A stretch of DNA of 64,000 nt from NCBI GenBank assembly GCA_046563655.1, contig CM102288.1:992001-1056000 (forward strand), read 5' to 3'. The first letter of the stretch is position 1. Every line of letters begins with the position of its first letter. Under the pieces are notes generated by a model. It searched no databases, was not told where the DNA came from, and saw nothing but the letters and a program-made list of their open reading frames with translations. Positions 39,953 through 51,200 of the stretch are shown piece by piece. The DNA comes from Yuukianura sp. NJ FZ-2021 (taxonomy: Eukaryota). The translations under genes were made by a program, and so were the position numbers.

Positions 39953-41124
39953 AAAGAAAATTGACAGTGCGGTGCCCAACGTCTTAAAATTTGCCAAATT
40001 ATGCAGATTTGATTTCAATTTGAAAAAATTTTCTCTATTAAACATATTGATCCTGGAAGACATATTTTTTCTAGAAAAAAAAATCATAGTTTTAAGAAAC
40101 ACGACAAAAATGTCGAGTTGTGAACGCAAATTCGGATTTTGAAATTTGTTGAAATTCCTCTTTTTGTATTCCAAAAGTGTTGTCCATAATTTAAAAAAAC
40201 TGAACCAAACGTATGAATTGTTTATAAAAAGTTTAGTTTTTAACCTGTTTTTTAACCAGTAACCTTTTAGCCTAACTAGTTTCAATTTTTGAGAAAAGAG
40301 AAAGTGACGGGATAAAGTAAAAGTTCCTATTGTGTCCCTTGAGGAAATGAATGAGTGATTAATTATTAAATTTGTTCAGAATGTACTGACTCTTATCCCA
40401 CCTTGGAGCCATCTTACCGCAAAAACCGACCAAATAAATGTATGAAGTGGAACAAACAACAAAGGAACGTGGAGCTTATGCTTAGACTTTCTTTTGTTCC
40501 TTCTCATTTCTCTCTGTCGCTTATGATTATTTTGAGTACTCAAATGTTTTAAGTTAATTGACTTTGCCATAAGCGTCTCCACCAAAATACGTACTTTTTA
40601 AATTTCTATTTCATTTTTAATGTAATTTGTACTTGAGTACCTGATACAGCGAGTGTAATGTTAAGTTTCGTTCGTAAGTAATTTAATAAAAGTTTGAGTT
40701 TCGAAGGAGGACTTAGCTTAACTGTTTTTTTTTAAAACAAAAATTGTGTCAAAAATTAATTAAAAAATTCGTACCCGACATCTTCTGATACTCGTTTACA
40801 TACGTTTACATAATGCTTTACCACTTGAAGCGAAACAGAAAAGTCAATTAAACTTAAATATTTCAGTTTTTGGGAAACAAAATCAATAGCGAAGAACTCT
40901 GTAATAGCTGGATTGATTTTATTTAACCTTCAATTTCAAATTTCCACGAAAAGTTCCCCGAAACTGTCTGTTTTTGACAAACTTCATTCAATCTTCTGTC
41001 AACCTCAGCGTAGAAAATTGAAAAATCTTGGAGCATTTTGGAAATTTTTAAAGCAAAATTCAGTTTCATTTTTAGTTTTCAGAAGCTGAATTAAGAATCA
41101 CAAGAATTTCCAACTGGGACAAAA

Positions 41125-41870
41125 ATGGCAACTGACAAAATTAAAAACAACCAAGTTACGGACGTCATTTCGAAAGATGTAAGGTTTGCAACTTTTTTAA
41201 ATAAAAAAAAGTGCTAAAATTTTTGTCATAATTGTTGATTCTTTTTGTAGAAAGTCAAAATGGGAACATTTTGGGCCGAAAGCGGTGCGGTGATTGTCTT
41301 TTTACGAAAGTTTGCATGAATGTACTGTCAGCAATGGGCTACACAGCTAACCACTCTGTTACCATTGCTTACTAAAAATAATTACCGGCTCATTGGAATC
41401 GGATTTTCCGATTACAAATTGGATTTCTTTCAAGAAAAAAATTTCTTTGGTGGTGACTTATATTTGGATGACAATTACGGTACCTACAAGGCTCTTGAGT
41501 TCAAGCGATTCAATATTTTGAGTCTTACTACAAATCTCCTCAGCAAGCAAGTTCGACAAGTTACTAAGCAGGTTTCTAAAAACTATCAAATTTTTTATAT
41601 TTTTTAGAATTTTCATATTTTCAAAAAAATTACAATGTTGAAAACTAGGCGTTCAAGAATGGGCTGAAACTGGACATGGGGGGAGACTCATTTCAAAATG
41701 GCGGAATTCTCCTCGTTGAAAAAGGCGGCAACGTTGTTTTAAACTACCGACAAAAAACGCCTGCCGATCACCTCGAAAATGGCGCCATTCTGAAAGCTCT
41801 CAACATTTCTGAAGAGATGGAACCAGATAAAACCAGTCGTCCGTTCGAAGTTCAAGAAATTTCAATTTAG
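41125..41870 (+). CDS. PRXL2B: Selenocysteine-containing PRXL2B/FAM213B (prostamide/PGF synthase; AhpC-TSA_2, SelenoU family); exons 41125-41178, 41251-41571, 41649-41870; TGA 41317-41319 read as Sec; 198 aa
   Basis: FWAESGAVIVFLRKFA-TGA-MYC aligns with PRXL2B LW..CVV..LRRFGCxxC; RLIGIG, FFGGDLYLD, GDSFQNGGILLVEKGG, RQKTPADH; SECIS downstream. Confidence 0.9.
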
Positions 41871-41932
41871 ACATCATACTAATTGAAAATTGTACACCAA
41901 ATTCAATTTTTTTTTTCAAAATTTGAAGGAAA

Positions 41933-42048
41933 CTAGAATCTTGGAATTCTGATTTCAATCTTTATGACTCCACTTGAACTAAATTGTTGAAAAACAACGT
42001 TGAAGTGAATGATTTTCACTCGCTTGAATCAGAATTCTAATGTTCTAG
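41933..42048 (+). promoter_or_regulatory. Type II SECIS element in PRXL2B 3'UTR
   Basis: ATGA 41964-41967; 11-bp helix II with two mismatches; AAA 41981-41983; apical mini-stem TTGTT-GAAA-AACAA; TGAT 42010-42013; long helix I GAATTCTGATT/AATCAGAATTC. Confidence 0.88.
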
Positions 42049-42207
42049 TGTAAATTTGTCAGGTTACAGCTTTTTCTTTTGTCAGGTTTGTCAGGCTAAA
42101 GCTTCAAAGATTAAGTAAATCTGAATCACCCGAATTTTAGGTTGAAACGTTGAACGTAAGTTTTAAAATGTTTATTTGAAAACATTGAAATTTTTAATTC
42201 TTCAAGG

Positions 42208-43550
42208 TCAAGGCAACGTTTCCCCAATCTCACGTTCAATCCAATCTCTGAATTTAGCTGTACTAGCGTATAGCCCTGGAGTTCCAATGACTCCGCATGA
42301 AAATGGCATCGAAACTGAAAAATTGACAAAAAAAATTGTCATTCTTCAAATTTTAAATATCTGAGAATTGGAAATTCAGTTCTCACCAATTCCACATTGA
42401 ACTTGAACGTTATTATCTGTACAAAACAGGGGTCCACCACCATCTCCAGTACAAACATCCATATCAGCAACCTAATTCCAACCCAAAAAATGTTAATGTC
42501 AACATTTCCATGAAATTTTTCAAAAATTCGAACCAAAAATGTTTCCGATTTAGGAAAACTTTTATTGTAGAATAGAAAACTCACCGAACCGCCTGCACAG
42601 AACATAGTACCATCAGCTGCTTCTGGATGAGCAGCGACACAATTGGCGTCGCCGTCCGGGATTACTGGAATTGCGACCTTCTTAGGTTCGGTCGACATGT
42701 CACCAGGTTGGCTTGTTTTACCCCATCCAACAGCAATTCCTTCTCCTGTTCACAAATTGTACAAAGTTTTACAAAAAATCAACAGTTGTAATCGCCATAC
42801 GTAAGTAGCGAAAGGAAATTGAGGTAAACAGCCCGGAAGTTGTGCACGTCCAGTTAAAACGGAAACCGATTAGTCACCCCTGGACCTGTGAAGTGCATCC
42901 GCGAAGACAGATTGAAAATTGGTCCACTGGTTCCAGTCTAGCAGACAGATCAAGAGACAGACAGACAGATTTACACACAGACAGACGGACAGACAGACTC
43001 GGGAAAAAATATAAAGTAGCTCATACTTTCGCTACTTAATCATTCTTCTTTTTGTGCTTTTGCCCTTACCGGACGGTACGTATCCCAGAGCCGGAATTTT
43101 GACAAGTTCGATGATTCCAGTGGTTAGGTCAAACGGTTCTGCTAGTTCCAGGAGTGCAATGTTGCTTGAGTAGCGTGCCGTATTTGAATAGTCAGGATGT
43201 ACGACATTCCGCTTGACAGGGACAGTTACGCTAATGCTATCCACATCTCCCAAGACATGGTCGCCTGCAACGACTTGGTAAAATGGAATGCAGTCCGCAG
43301 CCGTTAACGCCCATTTTGGGTGGATCAGCGTCGCTCCACAGGAGTGCGTTCCTTCATTTAGTAATGAAGGAAACTCGTGCGATGTCACAACTGAACCACC
43401 GACGATACTCTCAACTTGCCTAGCTACAGTAAACAGCCTAAGTTTTCAAATTGCTTTCATTTTTGAAAATTTTAGAATTTCAAAATCTTGTTTTTGAAAC
43501 TTACCTGCGCATGCAACCAATGCTAAAATTAAAACTGCTGAAACCTTCAT
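42208..43550 (-). CDS. Serine protease homolog (catalytically inactive trypsin-like), multi-exon
   Basis: Signal peptide, IVGG, TAADC (His>Asp), SSNIALL (Asp>Asn), GDGGGP (Ser>Gly); open frame across GT-AG introns. Confidence 0.85.
42803..43037 (-). mobile_element. DINE-1/HINE-like non-autonomous Helentron in SPH intron
   Basis: 12-bp inverted repeats AAGTAGCGAAAG (42803-42814) / CTTTCGCTACTT (43026-43037), adjacent partial IR AAGTAGC (43014-43020), internal (GTCY)n microsatellite. Confidence 0.6.
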
Positions 43551-43957
43551 GATTCTAAACGATTAAAGAACTAATGTGCTGGAATTCGGAGTTCGATTGG
43601 CCTCTGATGCCTACAACTTTTTTAAATCTCAAAAACACTTGAGCTATCAGCACTTTCAGTAGTACTTTAATTGATAAGTGAAAAACTAAAGTTCAAAGTA
43701 TTATAGTTTACGATAAAAATGGAAATCCTTCAGAGATTTAAAAAAACAGCAATTCTTTTGAAATTTAGCCACATGGGTGATTGATGATAAGGTCAACAAT
43801 AATTGACCTCGCATAGGAGATTACTTTGTAATTGGCCAATAGGAGATTATAGATTCCAAGGAATTAGCACTTGACAATTTGAGCAGAAATGATCAGATTT
43901 TATTGTTCCAATTTTGTTGAAAAATTTTTATGAAATTTTGTGTCCAAAGTCCAAAAT

Positions 43958-45078
43958 TTATGGAAGTGACTCTCCAATGGTTTCTTCGATCCATGATCGG
44001 AAGTAGGAAGTGCGTCCGTAGACTCCCGGGAATCCAGGCAGTCCGCATCCACGTCCCCATGAAACTACAAATTCAAAATTTTGTGAACCGAAATTCATAA
44101 TTTGAAATAAAAATTTTAGAAAGCGTAATTTACCAATTCCGCAGTGGACTTGCTTTCCACCGTCCTGGCAGTACATTGGGCCACCAGAATCTCCTTGACA
44201 ACTGTCCTTATCGGCAATTCCGGCACAGAGCATGGAATCGTCAATTTCACCCGGGTAGGATCTGGCACAAGCTTCATTGTCCACCAATGGCACATCGACT
44301 TTCTTCAACACATTGGACAGGCTACCAGTCTCAGTAGTTCCCCAACCAGCGACGGTAGATTCTCCTAAAAATCAAAGGTCAAAGGTTAAAAACCATTTTT
44401 CACACAGCTTATTTTGCTGATTTTTTCACAAATCTTAGCTTATTTTGCCGATTTTTTGACAAATCTTAGGTTATTTTGCCAATTCTTTGACAAATCTTAG
44501 CTTATTTTGACCAGTTTTTGACACATTTAAGCTTATTTTGACTCACCGGATGGATTGAAGCCTTCGGGAGCAATGCTGGCAAGTTGAACGTACTCGTTGA
44601 GGATGATTTCTCCGTCCAATTCCAGAAGAGCGGCGTCATTTGAGTAGGTGTTGGGAGATCCATAAGATGGATGCTGAATAGTTCTGAGTACTCCCATTTT
44701 GACCTCAGTGCCCTCAGACGTTCTGATGTTGTGGTCACCAGCGACGACTTGGAAGAATCTTCCGCAGTGAGCAGCAGTCAGAGCCCACTTTCGGTGGATC
44801 AAAGTGGCTCCACAGGAGTGGCTTCCCTCGTTCAAAATTGAAGGGAACTCATGCGGCGTGGCTTCCTCTCCACCAACAATTCGGTGATCTCGGCCATCCA
44901 GAGGGTCAACAATTTGCCGACCTGCAGCAGTCAAACAAATTTTTTGAGCAAAAATTGTTAGGGTTTTTGAGCATATTGAGTCAAAATTCTTAAGAGAATT
45001 CAAAATATTTAGAAAAGTATACTACAAACCTGATGCAACGGCGACTACCACCAGAAGAAAAGCAATTGAAGCTTTCAT
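43958..45078 (-). CDS. Trypsin (active serine protease), multi-exon
   Basis: Signal peptide, R|IVGG, TAAHC, NDAALL, KDSCQGDSGGP (Asp189 trypsin specificity), VSWGRGC. Confidence 0.95.
44405..44540. repeat. 31-bp minisatellite (~4 copies) in trypsin intron
   Basis: Unit CTTAGCTTATTTTGCCGATTTTTTGACAAAT repeated with variants. Confidence 0.85.
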
Positions 45079-46106
45079 TTTGTTCTGTACCAGATTTTCA
45101 ACAAAACTGGAAATTATTAATGGAAAGTTGTGCCGAAACTGGATTTTGGAAAAGTATTTATAGGGTAGTTGGCTATCAATAACCTTAAACGTATAGTACG
45201 ACGTAGATTTAATTAGACTAAGGTTGATTTAAGGTTAACTCTAATCTTGTTATTCACTAGATAAACATTCTGACGCTTTTTAGGAATTTTCAGATGCTAA
45301 CAAAGAGTTTTCAGGGATTTTTAGTTTTTTTGATTTAACTCGAGTGGACAATTGGTATTTTTATTCAGAATTGAAGCAATTTTGAAGTGGACTGTTAGTG
45401 TAGAGGAAAAACCGATTTTATCACAACTTTTAACCCATGTTCAAACAAACGATGGAATTCAGATGTTCTTTTTTTTTTTAATTTCGAAAATTATTCATGA
45501 AAAACTAAAGTACAGAAATAGTGTTCTTGAAAAAAGTTAGTAAAAGTTTTATTTAAACATAAACATCAGTAGGTGATAAAAATGGAATCTAAAAGCACAA
45601 ACAATCTGCATTGTTTCTGTTTCAAATCCCTTGATTTCAACTTCATCCTTCCCTTTTCCAATGACAAATTGGAATTTTTTATGAACAAAGTCAAATCAAA
45701 ATTTCCCAAATTCGCCATAGCTTCTATAATATTAACGATTTTTTCAATGACAAAATGTACGTCAATGTAAAAACATATAAATTGAAAACATTATTCTTGT
45801 CGTTGTTTATGTAGTTCTATGCGTTTTGTCCATTTTGTCCGTACTATACTATTGGACACCCTGTGCTTTTACTTATTATTTGTTAATATAATTTAAAGAA
45901 TTGATTAATTTAATTTATGTATTGTATTAGTTTATTTATGTTTATAACAATTCAGTCATTCTTTTATAAGATTAAGATTGCAAAAATTGATCGAGTAAAA
46001 CGTATAAACTGGAACCGTGCAATCCTTAAATTCCAATAATTTTATATTATAATGAAATTGATAAATTGGTAATGTTGTGCAATTTTTAATTTTAAGTTAA
46101 CTAAAG

Positions 46107-48280
46107 TTATTGGTGACCTGGTGAAGTTCTGGACTTGTGATTTAGCGTTTGGTGGTGATGGTGACCTCTGGAATCTTCTATTCTTTCGAGCATGAAATCA
46201 CAGGGAAGTCTTGGCATGCAAGTAGAAAGTCCAGGAAGTTTTCTGGTTCTTCTGTACTCTCTCCAGTCAGTCCACAGCTTAATTAACACAATTGTAATTA
46301 ACAAACTCTCAACACCTACGATGATCCACCAGTGCAGTTCTCCCATGTCTTTTCCTTCAATGTGACACGCCTCCTCCAATTTGAGGTCATGCAACTACAA
46401 AACCAAGAAAAATTCAATTTTTTTTTCAAAACTTTTTTAAATTTGAAAAAGAAATTTCGAGTCTTACTGTAACGTTTGGCGACTTGCATCGAATCGTTTT
46501 CCAGTCTTTGATTACGGACTCATGCGATACTAGCGTTGGCTAAAAACCGAAAATTATTCGTGACTTAACACAATTTTTTTTTATACCGGACCAGCAAACC
46601 GGTACCCGGTTTCGGTATTACCGAACTCTTTTTCCGGTAATGCTGTACTAATAACATAGTTAAACATACCTTAAGGTACTTGAAACTGTTGCAATCACAG
46701 TGAATTGTATTGTCCCCGAGTAGAATCCGCTCAATTCGTGTTGCTCTGCTTCCCTTTTCAAAAATGGAATTGATTGTAGTATGCTGAATCTGAAATAATT
46801 GAAACACAAATTGAAATTCAAACTATACTTTTACTTAATTACTTGTAATATATGTTATTCAATTACTCTGGATATTGAATTACTCTTCATTTCAAATACT
46901 TGGACACGTTCAAAAAAGAGCGTCTCTGTGGCTGCTTCCAAACTCTCTACTAGATTTTGATTCAGTTTAATCGAATTGAGGTTCACGTAGTCATCGTCGC
47001 TGTTCAGTCGAGACAAATCTCTAATTTTATTATTATCCACATTCTGAAATTCAAAATTTTGGAAAATTTAACTTCAAATATTAAACGTTTCTAAAAGAAA
47101 AGTCTCACCAGTACAAACACAAGGGGAGAAATTTGTGGAAGATCAGTGAGGCCTAGATTGGAACAGTCAACTTCCAGCGTCATGTACACCATTCCGTACT
47201 TATTTTTATGAATTGGACGGATATGTTTGAATACTGAAGCGTCTTCGCCGGGTTCAATGACCTTGGTGGTGTAAATGTCACAGTCGCAGTCGTGCCTCTT
47301 CATTGGAGCACACTCTTCTAGGGCAACCTAAAGCAAAAGGTCAAAGGTCAAAGGTCAAGGTCAAAGGTCAACTTTTGTGTGGTCAATCACCGTTCGGACT
47401 TTGATGCCACTCTCAATGGTCATTCTGGAAAATACTTGTGTATCGGAAAGACAAAACGAATCATCAATATTTTGAATCACGCCTTCATTACTTATTGCCC
47501 ATGCGTAGAACTCTGGTCGTGTCACCCAGTTGCATTTGATCTCATTACCTGCAAAACCAAGAAATTTCAAAATTTTGAACATTTTTGAACATTACAAAAA
47601 ATGGAAATACCCGCGATGTAAAGGTGAGTCAAGTTGAGTTTCATGGTTGAATTTGGCAATTGGTCTAACTTGTTATAAGAAAGATCCAAAATTTCCATTT
47701 CCGAGTATTGACTGAATAAATTTGAACTAAAATTTTGACTTCTCAGAGCGTTTCCGGAAAGATTGAAAAATTTGACACTATTTGGAAGTGTTCCCCAAAT
47801 TGTAGAAACGCTGGAGTCAACTACGGAGAGTTTCCGTAAAGATCGAAATGGATAAAACTGGTTCAAATTTAAAAGTGGAATGAAACTTCCATCGACGTAA
47901 ATTTCTTCTACGTCAGGAATCTGCAAATTCAAAATGAAGTAAACTTTCAAAATATCGGAAACTCAAATTTTGTTGTAATTTTTGAATATTGGGCTTACAA
48001 GGGCAGAAATTCCTCCAACATTTCTTAACAAGGATTTCATAAAATTTGGTTCTTTTGTACTGTTGCTTCCAGAGCATTTCATTGTTTTTGTCACAGGTTG
48101 CCACCTACAGCCTGGTATGAGTCTTAATGTTGGTGGGGCTGGAACTCCTTCAGAACATGTGACCAGGAGTGATGACGTCACAAGCACGGCGGCAAAATAA
48201 AAATATCTTTTGGATTTCGAAAAAATGTCTTCTGGTGCTCCCAACTTTTTCGGAATTTTCTTTGTAGCTTCCATTTTCAT
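46107..48280 (-). CDS. swi2: Singed wings 2 / halfway-like LRR transmembrane protein, multi-exon
   Basis: LRR repeats (LNLSGN-like, LDLSYNKL, MDNNKI), CDC..VDCSNLGLTDLP, LGDNTIHCDC, TM, C-terminal MPRLPCDF.LE motif resembling swi2 family. Confidence 0.7.
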
Positions 48281-51200
48281 TGAAATTTTGAACAAAATCA
48301 GAGGACATTTGAATCAAAATTTGAACTTGGCTTCACTTTCCACTAGCGCGCTTCTTCTTTTCAAAATTTTCCATCTTCCATCTGTAGCCGTCTTGTCCGA
48401 ACGTAAACCGTGTCATCCTATTATTTAAAAAATTCAAACACAATTTTAGTTAAAAATTTTCGTTTTGAAATTCGATAAAGAGAATTACAGGCACATCCAG
48501 ATTTAAAAAAAATGCTTGTACAAAAATGTGGAAAAAAGTTTAACGTTGTTTCTCCAAATATGAGAGAAAGCAGAGAAAGCTCAAGCTAAAAATAGTTTCA
48601 AACTTACTTTTTTTTTTCAATTAAAACTTTATTTACTAAAAGAGACGGAAATGTTATTTGTTTTTTGAAATTCTAAAATTACATTTTTAAGTCTACGCCT
48701 TCCGTAAACGACAAAAGTTGAAAATTAGTTTGTAATTTTGTTTCTGATTCAAAACAACCTTGTTTTCACCCACAGACTTTCTCTTTTCAAGACTCTCTCT
48801 CTGGTTATTGCGCCTTGCACATGGAAGCCCAACGTGAAAATTCAATTAAGCATTTTTACTGAAACGGAGGTTTTCAAACTGGAAGAAAAGCAGAATTTTG
48901 CAATAACAAAACTGTTTCTGAAGAGTAATGCTGCCACGGCCAAACCTGAACTAACCATTACGTTGTTAGAACACGTTGTTGTTTTTTCTAAACGTAGATT
49001 ACGGGCCACGTTCCACAAAAGTTGAATCTTGTTTTTCAGCCTCAAGCGATACTACAGCGAACAATACTTACACAAAATGTAGAACAAGAAATTTTGGTAC
49101 AACGACACAAGATTTTGAAAGAAAATTCTTAAAGTTTATGACTTTTGAAAACGCTGAAAATCCTTTCTAACTTTCACTCTGCATACTATGCTTAAAAATG
49201 CCTTATGTGTTGTTTATGACTCACTAAATCCTTAGATACGGCAATACAGGTTGTGACAGTAGCTGCTACAATACTAAGCTGGTAAAACATTAGTTGTTTG
49301 TTTTTTCCTTGAACTAATTGCCAAAAATTCCCCATTAAACCTCAACCTCCGGATGTGGTCAACTTTTTAACAGGAAAAACGTAACAAAAAAGTATTTTTC
49401 CCTGGTTAATTCTTTTGAAAAAAAGTTGAAAAAAAAGCAAGGTAAAGCAATTCTTCAATATGAACCTACAAAAAAAAAACTAAGAAAACGATATGATAAT
49501 GAGAAAAAAACGAAAAAAAAAAAATTAAAAAAAAGTTAATAATTTCAAAATCAAAAACTCAACAAATTCGCGCTAACAGAATGGACACCTTGCTGAAAAC
49601 GTAGAAATTTAAAACCAAATTCTTTGCATTTTATCGCACGGACGCCAAGTTTGCTAGTTTTAGGACAAGAAAAAAATCATAATTCATAATCCAGCCTTAT
49701 ATAAGAAGCATCTGCATCTGAAACGAGGGATTTATGGCACATAACCAATCTGCGATCTTTTTTCATATACATTTGTACAAAAAATAATAAAAAGCCTGGT
49801 TATGCTATATACTAAAATCTGGAAAAGAAGTAGAGCTTATTTCCTTCTTCAAGAGAATTCAAAAGGCTTGTGCTCATTCACCCTCACTCTATTTCCTCAT
49901 CATCACCATTTCAACAAGTTCCAAAAGAAGCGACAATTTGACTTGGAAATTCAATTTCAAAAAGTTTCTCATCAGAATTCCTTTGGTCTCACTTTTCCAA
50001 GTACAAGTTGGAAATCCAAGATAGTGATGGCAAAAACCAATGTTATTTCAACACCCAGAAGATAGACTTTGTGCACCTATTTTTCTGAAGGCTAGAAATA
50101 ACATTTTTGGAGAAAGTGCAGAATGTGGGCGTGTCCAATGCCATCGCCGCCCAAGCTCCAATTGTGTTAACTTCACAAATTGTGTTGTTTTAAAAGAGAA
50201 ATTTTTTAAATTACATAAGAGTGGCCAAATCAAGGTCAGAGCTTGAGTAATTGAGTGCTCAATTTAAGTCTAACTAGAAGGGAGTGGCATGACATGTCTC
50301 AAAGTTATTAGGTTTAATTTTCCCGCTGAAAAGATATAAAGAAGGTCGAAGGTCAAAGGTCAGACTATTGGAAGAAACAAGATTGAACTACTATAGTAGA
50401 CAACTGTATTGAACTTCATCTATTTTTATGGCTATCAATTTCCGCTTGGATAAAAATCAAAATGAAGTTCATAAGCTCCTTTCTCCACTTTCTCCAGCAA
50501 AATCTAGCCAAATGTGATCATCTACTAGTAACATCACGTTCATGGCACCAAATGTGAAATGTCTATAAGCCAATACACGAAATTTGGAAAAATGGCACGC
50601 TTTCTCCACTTTCTCTGATGAACGTAAGTCAACTGCCAAAGGAAGACGTGACTGGCTCTGGTACTAAAAGTTTTGTATTTCTCAAAGTCAGAACAACTTC
50701 TTCTGAGAACTGAAAAGCTCACTTCTCACTTTCGCTTTTCCGGAAAACTTCAATTCATGAAGTTCTGGAAAGTGTGCATTGTTGTTTGAAAAAGAAGCTG
50801 TCGGTGGAGCTGTTGAGTGACGAGAAGCAGAAGAGGGATGGATGGATGATGACGATTCTCAAGAAATCCAATTTTGTTTGAATTACCTTCCGACAAGCTG
50901 GCGGACATTTTAACATGTAAAGTAAAACCAGACTTCAAACAGGAAGCTTGAGAAGAGCAAAAGTTAATTTCAATTTCAAAAAAGTTCTTTTTCTTTGTGT
51001 CTCAAGAGACCTTAACCAAAGCCTCTCCTTACCAATAACACAAACTTCAACTTCCAAAAGTTTTATATCAATGTCAAAGCGGCAAATTTTCCAAAAAAAG
51101 AAGTGTCAGTTTTTTTTTGTCAAAACTTCAGCAATACGAAGCAACTAAAAATGTTTTGGCACAAATCGGCTTCTCAAGATGTTTCAAGTTCTTCCAAAAT

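Noticed and set aside
41317..41319. PRXL2B as a pseudogene with a premature stop
   Set aside because: The TGA sits exactly at the redox Cys position, the rest of the frame and the splice sites are intact, and a SECIS is present.
44405..44540. 31-bp repeats as a CRISPR-like array
   Set aside because: Contiguous tandem units without unique spacers, in a eukaryotic intron: a minisatellite.
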